A DNA stretch of 63,355 nucleotides, filler included, from Rhabdomonas costata (Eukaryota): NCBI GenBank assembly GCA_019059605.1. It is 24 parts of 24 records of this genome, joined end to end, with 100 filler letters (N's around TTAATTAATTAA, not from the genome) between each part and the next. Parts side by side here need not be neighbours in the genome. Positions count along the whole stretch, not along the records: positions 50,248 to 52,789 come from JAHMHO010002944.1; positions 52,890 to 55,431 come from JAHMHO010002945.1; positions 55,532 to 58,073 come from JAHMHO010002946.1; positions 58,174 to 60,715 come from JAHMHO010002947.1; positions 60,816 to 63,355 come from JAHMHO010002948.1; 19 more parts are not named here. One strand, 5' to 3'. This document shows positions 52,038 through 63,355 of the stretch, piece by piece. The position numbers and the translations under genes were made by a program. Below the pieces are notes generated by a model, which saw only the letters and a program-made list of their open reading frames with translations, was not told the DNA's origin and made no database searches. Position 1 is the stretch's first letter. Each line of letters begins with the position of its first letter.

Positions 52038-53544
52038 TTTTAATGGAGGCGAAAGCAAAGCTGGCCTGAGAAGGGAAGAAAGGGAAGGAGTTGGTGCAGT
52101 CTCAAGAATGGTGAAGCAAAGCAAAAGCTTTTCTCTCGTACTCAGTCTTTAATGAGGATCGCATTATATTCTATCCTTTGGAAAGACGGAAAGCACTCGA
52201 GTGTCATGGAAAAGGCGTTCACCCTCGCCAAAAGTCACTGTTGCTTCCTGTGTGCTCAATGCCCCATTGGGGATTTCCGCGTTTGAGACAAAGGGCTTGG
52301 TGCAACCACGTAATCTCCGACTCAACTCCAGTGAACTTGAACACCTTCTTAGTACTGTACTTGAACGAGACACCACTAACACGAATTCGATACTAACCAG
52401 ATACCGGATGAGTCGCGGAATTACACAGGAACGTCATGGATCACGACGTCAGCTCCCTGTCCAACTGGCGGACGGAATGTGCGGCAAGGCACCATGCAAC
52501 ACAAGCCATATGGCACAGCCGCGCATACAAGACCTTACAGACATACAGAAACACACAAAGAAGCAATGTTGCGAACATGCAAATGGAATCCCAGCAATAC
52601 AACAGCAACGACAGCAGGCCTCAAAATGGAACGGGCTTCACATTGCGTGGTCGTGAACCCTGCGACAATTTCAAGAAGGGCTTGCAACGAACAACAAACA
52701 GGAAACGTAACCAACGACCAACTGAATCTGCTCAGTGCATTTAAATACTAAACAGAATGCGCACACGGCCAACCGTTCAACAAAACACANNNNNNNNNNN
52801 NNNNNNNNNNNNNNNNNNNNNNNNNNNNNNNNNTTAATTAATTAANNNNNNNNNNNNNNNNNNNNNNNNNNNNNNNNNNNNNNNNNNNNGTGTTGGGTGT
52901 GGTTGGTTGGGGTGGTCTCATGGCAGGGGTTGAATGGATGGCTTTAGACGACTAAAGTTTGACATCTAACCACCCACCCTGCCTGTGTTCTGCACAAAAA
53001 CGCCAACCCCCATCACAATTCACGCAAACCTAAATTGTTCAAATGATCATCAAAAAGATGATATATAAGCCTCAATTAAAGAATATCATTCGCGGGCATG
53101 CAGAAAGATCTCGTCTTCGACCCGGACTTCGGGCGGGCTTTGAAACAGAATGGTGACTGCTCAGCGGTGTTGACCCACCCAAGTCTGCAATAAAGTGCCC
53201 CTTTCGTGCCTTCACACAGAAAGAACGCTTCCAAATGTTAGCATAGACATTTGTGCAAGACGTTCGGGAGGGAAACAAAGTCCTTTGGGGGGTCTGCCGA
53301 ACATGGAATCCCACCCCCACGAAAAACATAAGCAAGGCCGGAGTATCAAATTGGATATAAAATGCTAGAGCTCTACCACGAAACAAAAAAGCCAAATCCA
53401 ACATACGAGTCTCTGATTTACTTGGAAGGTTTGCGAGACAGTATAGAAGTGCACCGCGAGGGCAATTGAAAAAAGAGGTTGCAGGAATGGAGATGGAGGG
53501 GGGAGGAAGTGCGGGAGAAGGCAACAATGCGGCATAGCACCCAC

Positions 53545-53893
53545 CTGTCTGCCCACCAATCAAAAGCGCCATTCCGCAGCACCCCACAAAGAAGTACTTC
53601 ACAGCCTCCTGAAGGGTCAGCCCACCCTCCAGTACAAGATAGTCGAACCCCATCACCACCGCGACCCACACCACAAAGCCTCCCACGGAAAGCCCGAAAA
53701 TCGGCCATGTGCTGGACAGTACACTCCCGCTGTGGAAGATCAGGCTGAGACACACACTGCCGCCCAGCAGCCAGCACACCACCATCACCCCCCAGCCGGC
53801 CGTCGCGGCAAAACCCCTCAGCCGTTGAAGGGGTGTGGGGCCCTCGGGCCGAGGCACTATGTCCAGCAAGGTGACCACCCGGAGATCGTCCCC
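53545..53893 (-). CDS. Multi-pass membrane protein exon
   Basis: AG/GT-bounded 349-nt exon with about three hydrophobic helices (GWGVMVVCWLLGG..., FGLSVGGFVVWVAVVMG, YFFVGCCGMALLIG). Family not assigned. Confidence 0.55.
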
Positions 53894-56047
53894 CTGCGGG
53901 GTCATTGCAGGCGAAGGCACTGTTGGATGGAGAACAGGAGGGGATACGACTTCGTTGAAAGCATTTCTTCGTGGCATGTTGCATCGGTTGCTTCTACTGC
54001 CTTCAAGCGTCAGATCGAGCTCACCAAAGTTCTAGGTTTGCTCTACTGACGAAGGACGATGTGCTGAAGAAGCACCACGAGCTGCTCGCTGCGTGCGCAG
54101 TCAAAGTTCCAAAGTTCAGGGATGGCAGTCTCAGTGAGCTGAGGGGGGCGGGACCCCTGTGCCCGCACAAAGCCAAAACGTTCTTCCACGGCCGAAGGCA
54201 CAGCAAAGAAGGGGGGAGGGAACCCCGACACCCTGGTGTGCGAAAGTTTCTGTTTTTGCCTTTCCTTTCAACTGCACAAAAGTTCCCGTTTGTCTGTCCG
54301 CTCTTCCCATGCAGTGCGTTGGCCTGGAGGCAGCACAGCCCAGTGCTGGAAACGTTTGGCACCCCGCTGTGTGTCCTCGTGGTCCTTGTCCCTTGCATCC
54401 CCCTCCCTACCCTGGCTTCGCCACGCCGAACGCTCTGATCGACGCAGCTTGCGGCTGACCCCCGGCACTCCTCCCTTTCTCACCATCCTCGCCGCTCTTC
54501 TCCTCTGGGCGGTCGATGAGCACTACCTTCCCGTCATCTATTCTTTTACGAAAATGAAATTAAATTTTGTGCCTTACCTTCCGTTGCCTTTTCCTGGTCG
54601 CCGGGAAACGAAAGTTTCCGAAAAGGAAACCTGATATTATCTCGAAAAAGCATCTTCACTCGGCATAAATCGGAGGAAATAGTAATCAAAAAGGAAAACT
54701 TCGAAATACCTGGTCCATCCAGTGAACGCCGCGGGACAGCAGTCATCGTCCCAACTCACCCCGGCTGCTCAAAACTAGACTTGTGGTCCACAAAAACAGC
54801 TGCCCAACAGAGCTCTGGGGTGGGCAAAGCTTGGGTAAAGAGTGGAATGAGGAACTTTTTCTTGAGGAACTCCGCGCTTTCAAGTAAAGCAGTGTATTTT
54901 CCAGAGACCGTTGGCAAAACGGCTGGAAGCATTGGGCAACCTTTCAGAAATGGGATTTGTTTGATTTCAAAAACACAGGACCCCCACACACACAGAAACA
55001 TGCGGGGTCTGGTTTTGAATGAGATGCATACCATCTTTTCCACGAGTTCACCAAATCCGTACAACGTGACACAGAGGGAGCCAAAAAGATCCTGCAGAAA
55101 AGTAGACAAAAGGAAATCTAAGCACACGAAATGGAACTAGAAGAGCACTAGCTGCAGCTGGCTGGTGATTTCCTCACCCTGCACTTCAGTGCGCATCGAA
55201 GCGGCTACCGCAACGCGCCGCCCATGAATGCCAGGAAAGTGTCATCTGCGGCAGACCCTAAAAATTGTATTTCAATGTAACCAAGGAAGTGCAATTTATC
55301 TGGCATTTGAACAACGGCAGAATTCAAAAGCAAAGACTGGCTCTCCTAACGGGTTAATTCAGTATTAGACATCGTCCAAAGGCAAAGTGGAAACACGAGA
55401 GTAACCACCAGTCGTAAGGAAATAGCGGTCGNNNNNNNNNNNNNNNNNNNNNNNNNNNNNNNNNNNNNNNNNNNNTTAATTAATTAANNNNNNNNNNNNN
55501 NNNNNNNNNNNNNNNNNNNNNNNNNNNNNNNTTGTGGTTTTATTCATCATCATCAGCCCCACTCTTTGCACCCGTCGAAGGCCTTTTCAACGGGTTTCGT
55601 TCACATGCAAATCCGCCAGGACAATAAACAGAAAATGCATTGATGAGCGAAAAATGATAATACTGATGATGATGAATAAAACCACGAGGAACGAAGATGC
55701 TACAAAAAGCTCATGGGAACCGCAATGAGAAGTAGCTTTGCTGCAATGTTGTCATGCGCAGGTCTGTTTCTACTGAAGACGTCCCCTTTTGCATTTTGTT
55801 TCGGGTGAGACGAAAGAGCAACCACTGTAGAATAGGATGGAGTGAGAGAGGGGGAACGGGGACGGTGCGGTTGTGTTGGAACGTGATAGGATGCAGCAAC
55901 CGCGCATGAGTAGAGCTCTCACGGACACAATCTATGCACTGACAGGGCTCGGGAAAAAGACGCAAGAGCACCGACAGAGAGCAAAGCTTCGGAGGAGGTA
56001 ACCGGGACCGGGACGTGGGGGTGGGGTCAGCGGGTTGGCAGGCGCAC

Positions 56048-57962
56048 CCGATCACCACGGCGCCTGTGCGGCTAACACCGGCCAGGCAGTGCACCATGAC
56101 CGTGCCCTGGGCGGCCAGGGCCTGGTCCAGGAACCAGAAGATCACCGGGAACTGCGACACGATGCCGTGCTTCTCGGAGTCCTCGACGTCCATGTACATC
56201 ACCTTCAGCCCAGGGATGTCGTCCAGCCTCTCGCCCAGGCTGCGAACCCGCGCACACATATAGTACAGTTGGCCCATAGAATCATTTACTTGGGGGTTTT
56301 CCTCGGGCGGCCTTTCGCTCGGCGTCTCGCCCACTAGGACGTATTGTGGACGTCCGAGACGCAGAACACCGATCGGACAAGTCAATGCCACGAATGCGAT
56401 GAACGGAGAAAAAAATCAAAGGCCAGAAAAACGCCAGCAGGGTTTTTGGGAGGTGCGAATCGTTCCCTTCGCCCAACCTGGACATGGCCGCATACACCGC
56501 CGCCAGGTGTGCGTACTTCATACCTCGCTGAAACAAACATCACAAAGGACACCCTCCATCATCAAAACATTCAGCACACAAGCACACAGGTCATTCACCT
56601 CAGGACGTGAGTGATGCCGTGCTTCTTGAGGAGCTCGACGTCCACCTTGTTCTCGCACTTGTGGGCACCGGACAGGCTTTTCAGGCTGTAGCACCGCAAG
56701 AAGTTTGGAGAACGCGACTTTTGACGCAAAGGATTCCGTGCTCACTCCAGGGTCTAAAGTTGGCTAAGATATGCGCAAACCCTTCAATCTGGCAAATGCA
56801 TCACGAGGGGAGAGTTCACAGATAAATGTGGAGTGCATCTCGATCTACAGGGAACGCGATAATCGGCAACGGTGCGGCGTACGGAGGACTAGGTAGGAAA
56901 AAAACCAAGCTTCGCCTGGAATTGATTAGAGTGGTGCGGTTTTCGTCAATATGACGGACCTCGCAAGAGAATAAGAACCTAATGAATCGCGGACAAAGCA
57001 TCAATGAAAGCCAAAGGGCTTGCATTCACTTCACGGGAAGCGCCTGACAAGACAATAAATATCCTGTATATGTCGAAAATTGCGGGTGGCATGAGGACAA
57101 AAGCTTTCCGCTGGGTGCACTTACCCAAGCCCTAGCGTAAGAGCCCCATCGTTCTTCATCGGGGAGCCTACACCTAAGCCAGCCTGAGATTAGAGCACAG
57201 GAGAACTTCATTGAAGTCCTCAGGCGGAATGCCCCCCCCCCAGCTCCGCAAGCCAGGGGGGCTGCGTGGGTGTGTTGGGTGCAAAGCGCATTGGCGGTTG
57301 CCTAATTGACTTGTGGTGACCACTGTGGAATGGCGAGCGCACGCGGGCTGTTGGCACAGGGGTTGTTCGCGAGAGCTAACATTGGAGCGACGCGGTTGGG
57401 AACCGGATCCCCGCCAAACGTTCCACGCGCGGTAACCTGAATTCTGCCCCACGGGTCTCGGGCCTTTGTCAAAATGATGTTTCGCCAATTTTGGTTTAGT
57501 CGCACAAAACATGCGCGATTTATCGCGCTTATTCTCACAATGATAAAAAATCAATCATATTGATCAACAGTACAAAGTGGTTATAGTAGTTTGTAAATCT
57601 GTTTGGTTAGCATGCATGCAAAAAGAAGTTTCCGAAAGGTAACCGCTCCTTTTTCCAATGGATTCCCGCGCTGCTCGTGTGTCTGAGGCTCCAAGTCTGC
57701 GCGGGTGTGTTCGCTCGCGAAACCTGCCGCAGTACAGGTGCGGCAGGATCTTGCTGAAGACCATGTCCTTGTACGGCGTGGAGAAGCTGTTGCGGCTGGT
57801 GAAGCCCGAAACTCGCGACAGCAGCTCCGTGGGGTGGAAGCACTGCACCAGCTCGCTGACCTCGATCAGCGCCTCCGGTGGGCTGACCCCCCGCACCTGA
57901 TGCAGGTACAGCGCCGCCACAGCGGGGGCTCGGGCGATGCACAGCTCGCACAGCACGGCGAC
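56048..57962 (-). CDS. Dual-specificity protein phosphatase with tandem DSP domains, partial
   Basis: Exons 57962-57724, 56685-56599 and 56239-56048 are in phase: ILPHLYCGS, LKKHGITHVLS, VMVHCLAGVSRTGAVVIG. These are preceded by a divergent DSP-like end (VLCELCIARAPAVAALYL). Confidence 0.92.
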
Positions 57963-58173
57963 CTGTGCGTGCGGGCGCCATTGGTGGGATGGTGGCCGGT
58001 GGTCGTTGTTTTTCTTGGCCAGGGAGGGGAGACATGCAGACCTCGAAAAATTCTGCGCGTCTACCCAACCCCCNNNNNNNNNNNNNNNNNNNNNNNNNNN
58101 NNNNNNNNNNNNNNNNNTTAATTAATTAANNNNNNNNNNNNNNNNNNNNNNNNNNNNNNNNNNNNNNNNNNNN

Positions 58174-58299
58174 ACTGTACTGTACTGTACTGTACTGTAC
58201 TGTACTGTACTGTACTGTACTGTACTGTACTGTACTGTACTGTACTGTACTGTACTGTACTGTACTGTACTGTACTGTACTGTACTGTACTGTACTGTA
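58174..58299 (+). repeat. (ACTGT)n pentanucleotide microsatellite
   Basis: About 25 perfect units, truncated at the contig start. Confidence 0.98.
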
Positions 58300-58790
58300 T
58301 CTGACCACTGCATTCACATTAATTTTCAGCGACCCTTCCACTTTTTCCACTGTATAAAATTTCATTTTCTTAACTTCTTATGGAATAAAAATTCACAAAC
58401 GAACAAAATGCCATCAGCACGAAAATCGTACTTATGCACAGCAATCATATATATGCGGGATTCCGCAGCAGACCAAGGTGAAAGGTTTTTGTGTGCTCTG
58501 GCTTGAATTCCAGATACGCGGACATTCCGAAATTAATTTTCCGCCAATACCCAAAAGCGACGGACAGTTCAATTAAAAGCCAAAACCAATTTGGTCGAAC
58601 ATTCGAATACTGAAATTATGATATGTTGCGTGGCATTTACAATAGTACTGATCGAAATTAATGCGATGCAGCATGGCAAGAAGCACAAAAATGTCGTTCT
58701 CGGAAGCTGGCAAAAGAAGAGACTTTAGAAATGCCCCTCTTCAGAAGCTGTTTTTGCTTGCTTGTGACCTGCACTTGCTTGTGCACTCAG

Positions 58791-60072
58791 GTTCTGGAAA
58801 GATGGCACTTTGACATCCAGTCCACAGGCGCTGGCTTTGGAGATGGGCATGTTTGAATTTTGAAACCTTTGTTTTCTTTTCAGTGCAGTTCGGAGAATTT
58901 GAGTTTACACTGCCTTTAACATTGGACTTCGTGTGGTGGATTTCCGAGCGACCTTCCGTCTCAGAGCACACAAATTTCGTTTCTTTTCGGTAGGCCTGCT
59001 GCACATACAAGTCCACATGACTAAGTCCTCAGGACCAACAAACATACTGATGGGGAAAAGGTGGGGAATACAAGTGGGGAAAAGGTGTCCCCACTTGACT
59101 TCTCCCTTGTTTCGCAACTGCGCCGTATGAAGACCTGCAAAGATCGACGAGGGGGACAATTTCATTTTTCTAATAAGGGAACCTGGGACATGCGAACACT
59201 ATTCCGCGGTCAACTATACAAGCTAGCTCAATAAAAAGATTCCGTGCTGAGTATTTTTAAAAAGAGGATTCAGTGTTTCTGTGTCACTTTCGCACCAATT
59301 TGTTGCGCATTTCTTTGCGTAATTTTGGTTGCTTGCCTTTGTGCAGTGAGAAAGATGTTCCAGAAGTCCAAAGGGAGATCAAAGCCATCTTGGAGCAGAT
59401 TACAGCTTCTGCTTCACGTCTACCAGTGCTACAGGAGCACTGTATGCCATGCTAGTGGCTTTGTCTTGCGGGAGCCCCATATTTTTTCAACTCAAAATGT
59501 CACACACGGGTCACACAAGTGGCTGACTGACTGACAAGCACCATATACAGTCCACTTAAAAAATCCTCGGAAAACGACCAGAACAGTGAGCGTAACATTA
59601 GCATGGTCCCCGGAGTCAGAGGCAGCATCAGCAGTTTTTTTTGTGCCGTTTTCACAGGTACCTTTGAGTTGCTAGTTCACGCCACAAAGGACTGCCCTGT
59701 TCCTGATTCATGGGAGGAGTCTGTTTCACGATCCGTTGCTAATCCTTCCGACATCAGTTTGAATTCCTTCACAACAAAGGTTCGCCCGTTTTATCACTCT
59801 GTCCGATGTCCACCGACATTGTTGTCTATGTGCAAGTTGGTTCTGTACTCCTGATTTGTTTTTACTTTTTCATTGCGTTGACCGAGTTGTTGAGGCACTG
59901 CGTGAATAGCCCCGCTGCGCAAAAGGGAACAACGGGGGGGGCCCAACACTTCTCTTCCCACCCATTCAAAATGACCGGTTCGGAATCTGCCCAGGTGTTT
60001 TTTTTTGCCGTGGATTTATCGCAGATTCACAGAGTTGGAGCGGCTGTCACGTACCGTTCAGGGAAAGCCTAA
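58791..60072 (+). CDS. MAD2: Mad2-like HORMA-domain protein, 5'-partial
   Basis: Exons 58791-~58846 (VLERWHFDI), 59347-59441, 59658-59779 and 60025-60072 (TAA): VQREIKAILEQITASASRLPVLQEHCTFELLVHATKDCPVPDSWEES...LNSFTTKIHRVGAAVTYR. This is collinear with the Mad2 C-terminal half. Confidence 0.92.
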
Positions 60073-60588
60073 GTCTGCTTTCGCTGGCCCCTGCTGTACA
60101 GACGTGATGTGATGATGCAATGTGGTTCTGTCCTGGTGCGACTGGAGTGACGCTATCCTGACATAAGCTTGTACCATAGTGTGTGTGTGCTTTTGAAGTG
60201 GTTTAAAGCAGAAAAACACGCCTCCTTGGTCGAGGTCCTCTCGTCCCATCTCGAGAAATCTTCAGGCACTGTGTAAAATTGTTGACTCCGTGTGTACGAA
60301 TCAACCCTGGTGCTGCCATAAGATGGGTGAACCAGAGGAGAAGCTCGGTAGCAAATGCTACCGACCCAAAGTCCGGACGGTAGCATTTGCTATCGGCAGG
60401 CCGACATCAACCGAGCGCTGAGGTCCACCAGTCAGGGTTTGATAGCATCGACACCATTTGCCGGTACTTTTGCTCAGAACTCCTTTTCATCGCCTTCCTA
60501 ACCCCCTGCAAAGCTTCTGTTGGAATCCCAAGGGACATGTGTGTCGCCTTCCATTGTTGTTGTTGTTGCATTCCTGGTCTGTGTAGTC

Positions 60589-60715
60589 CTGTACTGTACT
60601 GTACTGTACTGTACTGTACTGTACTGTACTGTACTGTACTGTACTGTACTGTACTGTACTGTACTGTACTGTACTGTACTGTACTGTACTGTACTGTACT
60701 GTACTGTACTGTACT
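60589..60715 (+). repeat. (CTGTA)n pentanucleotide microsatellite
   Basis: About 25 perfect units, in the same orientation as the array at 58174, truncated at the contig end. Confidence 0.98.
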
Positions 60716-60815
60716 NNNNNNNNNNNNNNNNNNNNNNNNNNNNNNNNNNNNNNNNNNNNTTAATTAATTAANNNNNNNNNNNNNNNNNNNNNNNNNNNNN
60801 NNNNNNNNNNNNNNN

Positions 60816-63355
60816 GTGGGGGTGGGGAGGGTGGATGACTTGTTTCAGCTTCTCTCTGAAGAGAGTGTGAGACAGCCAAGCCAGCCAGGGGTCCCCGCTG
60901 GCAGCGAGGGCAGGCAGTCTCCCCTTCACTACGCTGCATATCGCGGGCAGACGGAATGTGTAGAAGCCATTGTGAAGTTTTATTCTTCTCGCTTCCAAAA
61001 CTTCACGACGTATCTTGAAGCTGGCGATGAGAACGGGCTGACACCACTGCAGCTCGCTGTGCTTGCCCGCCAGGACTCTACCGCGGCTGCTCTTGTGCGT
61101 CTTGGCGCCAACCCCCGCGCCACCGCGCCACCGAAAGGTCGCAACGTGCTCTTTCTGGCGTGTTTGTATGGAATGTGTGAGACTGTGCGGGCACTGCCGG
61201 CGTCAGAGCTCGCAGAGCTTGCGCGCACTACGGATACGTCGGGCTACACTGCTCTGCATGCATGCTGCCTAGCAGAAAACGTGCTTTTGGCTGAGCTGCT
61301 GCTGGAAAGGGCTGCAGTTGAAGTTGGTGCCGTGGCTCGTGACGGCTCCACGCCTCTGCACACGGCCGCACGGAAGGGTAACGGGACACTGATTCGAGTG
61401 CTGCTGAGCAACGGGGCACAACTGACACGGTGTCGGTTTGGCTGCTCTCCCTTGCATGTGGCCTGTATCCATGCCGGGCCTGCCGCAGTAGCAGAGCTGG
61501 TGCGGGTGTTCCCCATCGCCGAGTTGGTTGCCCAGGACCACGATGGGACTCACCCTACCCATGCGGTCGCATCGGCCTTGGCTGTGTATTATGACCGCGA
61601 AAAGAGCAGAAATGCTACAAACGACGAAAAGCTCGGTGACGAGAAAACTGCTGAAAACTTGCTTCGATGCCTGCAGTTGTTAGTCGAAGCAGGGTATTGT
61701 GCTTTTTTTGTGAGTACTGAACAGTGTTTCACACAGGCTCTAGGCGCGCAATGCATTCTGGATCGACTTCCCTTACGTGTTGATCCGAAGTAACCGCATA
61801 ACAGCGATGCGAATTTGCAATGGTAAACACCTGCGGCGTTTTCTGTGTGGTTCTTTTGCTCCATCATTTGCACATTCGGCACCCGCAGGTATCCCTTGGA
61901 TTCCACCGACTACAGTGACTCCACGGTGCTATATGTTTTGTGTTGGCGACCGCACGAGCACCAGCGCCGCGCCATTGCCTTCATTTTGGATTATCTCATT
62001 GATCACCAGCAGTTTGCCGACCTGGCCCGCTTACTGCGCCTTCGGGCAGAGTGTGTTCTGTTTAAATCTGATTTTGTGGCAACTGCTAATGCTCGCTCAT
62101 TCTCAATTATGAAGTGCGCCAGCCCTTGTGCGTAGTTTCTTTTTGCTTTATATCACCTGTTGGCACACGGGGAGCCCTGCCAGGGTTGAGGACCAGCAAG
62201 ATTCACATCACCTGCGAAAGCTGCAAACCAAAGCTTTATGTCAGACTCACGTTTGGACTTTCACACTTTTTGCATTTAACCCTTCTGTGAGAGAAGGATT
62301 AGGTTCTAGCTGATTTGATCCAGCGTTTTTAACAGGCCTTTCTGGCTTCTGTTGCTCAGCAGCGGCTGGACGTGCCTGCATGCAGCCAAGCAGATGCTCG
62401 GGCCAGCGAGCGACGCCGTGTTAAGCACGCTGATGCAAGTCGCTTCCCATTACGCCCCAGACCTGTGCACTTTGGATCTTTGTGTGCCTCGGGATATCTC
62501 GAACAAGGTGTATCTTGCACGACGGGGTGCCCATAACTGCGTTCCTGAGCTGGACCGCCGGGAGGTTCTTCAGGGTATCCATGACCTCGCTGGAGTGGCG
62601 GCAAAACTGCATAAGGTTGCTTCAGGCGGTCGCAGTCCTCGGATTGTGGCACTGTGCGGGGCTGGGATGTCAACCAGTGCGGGAATCCGAGACTTCCGCA
62701 GTACCACTGGGCTGTATTCGGATACCAGCCTTCGCCAAGTGTTCAATGTGGACGCTCTTCAGGACCACCCAGAATTGTTCTACAAGGCCCTGTTGCAAGA
62801 GTTCAAGCCCACTCTCACTCGGCGCCCTCGGCCCACTCTTGCGCATGCGCTGCTACGGGTGCTTCAGGACCGCGGTTGGCTCGCTCGGGTGTACACACAA
62901 AATGTTGATGGCCTGGAACGGGCTGCGGGCATATTGGGGGATCGCATCGTCGAGTGCCATGGCAGCCTTTTTCGCCTAGCCTGCGTGAGCTGTCACTCCC
63001 GCGTGGACAGCGTGGCTGCCGTATCCGCATTTTGGACCGCGGTTAGAGACGATCCTGGGCATCCTCCTGTATGCCCCTCCTGTGGAAAAGGCGCGCTACG
63101 CACTGACATCGTATTGTTTGGGGAGCCTCTCCCTGCTCGATTCCATGAGCTCTCACACAGGGACGTGGCGGACTGCGACCTTTTGCTAGTGCTGGGGACA
63201 ACTCTTGTTGTGTACCCGGTTGCCTCACTGCCCTCGTACGTGTCTCCAACTGCTGTCCGCTTGTTGATCAACCGCCAACCTACTGGGTGCTTCCAAGGTC
63301 TCCCCCCATGCAATTTCACTGTGGGACCTCACCTGATTAGGACTTCCCACCCAAC
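60816..63355 (+). CDS. Ankyrin-repeat / class I sirtuin (Sir2 NAD+-dependent deacylase) fusion protein, partial
   Basis: Exons 60816-61693, 61889-62050 and 62360-63355 are in phase. Ankyrin motifs: SPLHYAA, TPLQLAV, TALHACC, TPLHTAA, SPLHVAC, GWTCLHAA. Sirtuin motifs from 62643: GAGMSTSAGIRDFRS, YTQNVDGLE, ECHGS, CVSC/CPSC, DIVLFGE, GTTLVVYPVA, LINR. Confidence 0.92.

Noticed and set aside
58122-58365. ORFs with STVQY / VLYCT repeats (also 60387-60771)
   Set aside because: These are translations of the (ACTGT)n microsatellite.
58739-58790. LQKLFLL as an upstream Mad2 segment
   Set aside because: Out of frame with the VLERW exon and located in the acceptor pyrimidine tract.
58791-60072. Bacterial CBASS HORMA protein
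   Set aside because: Intron-containing and collinear with eukaryotic Mad2.
58174-60715. Telomere-capped minichromosome
   Set aside because: Both arrays have the same orientation (telomeres would be inverted) and the enclosed gene is incomplete.
62643-63355. Bacterial anti-phage SIR2 NADase (Thoeris/DSR-type)
   Set aside because: It has the Zn-ribbon cysteines and class I deacylase motifs and lies in a spliced eukaryotic gene.

Overview
This is not one locus. It is 24 unrelated eukaryotic contigs of about 2.54 kb each, joined by identical 100-nt linkers (N44-TTAATTAATTAA-N44). Contig ends are G/T-only at 5' and C/A-only at 3', resembling whole-genome-amplification primer remnants. The DNA is intron-rich (mostly GT-AG, weak GTGYG-type donors, at least one GC donor and a probable GA donor). 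Gene content (receptor-cyclase-like fragments, a TDY MAP kinase) points by inference to a euglenozoan, probably a euglenid. Most ORF-track entries are spurious or single exons, so gene models were built by hand from splice phases. Recognisable partial genes: ASCH protein, HAD phosphatase, SPRY-like protein, NO VEIN/sacsin-like ATPase, BAHD-like acyltransferase next to an SGNH hydrolase, two exostosin-like paralogs, GH19 chitinase with Cys-rich repeat exons, Paa1/AANAT-like GNAT, MAPK, Gemin2, an intronless multi-ubiquitin-like protein, a tandem dual-specificity phosphatase, Mad2, and an ankyrin-sirtuin fusion; also a degenerate LINE. The strongest leads are: (1) the ankyrin + class I sirtuin fusion, whose sirtuin part is absent from the ORF track; (2) a structured segment resembling an ultra-reduced, probably mitochondrial SSU rRNA plus the start of an LSU, inside a MAPK intron; (3) a Mad2 with its dimerisation residues substituted. 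All family calls come from recalled motifs, not database searches.
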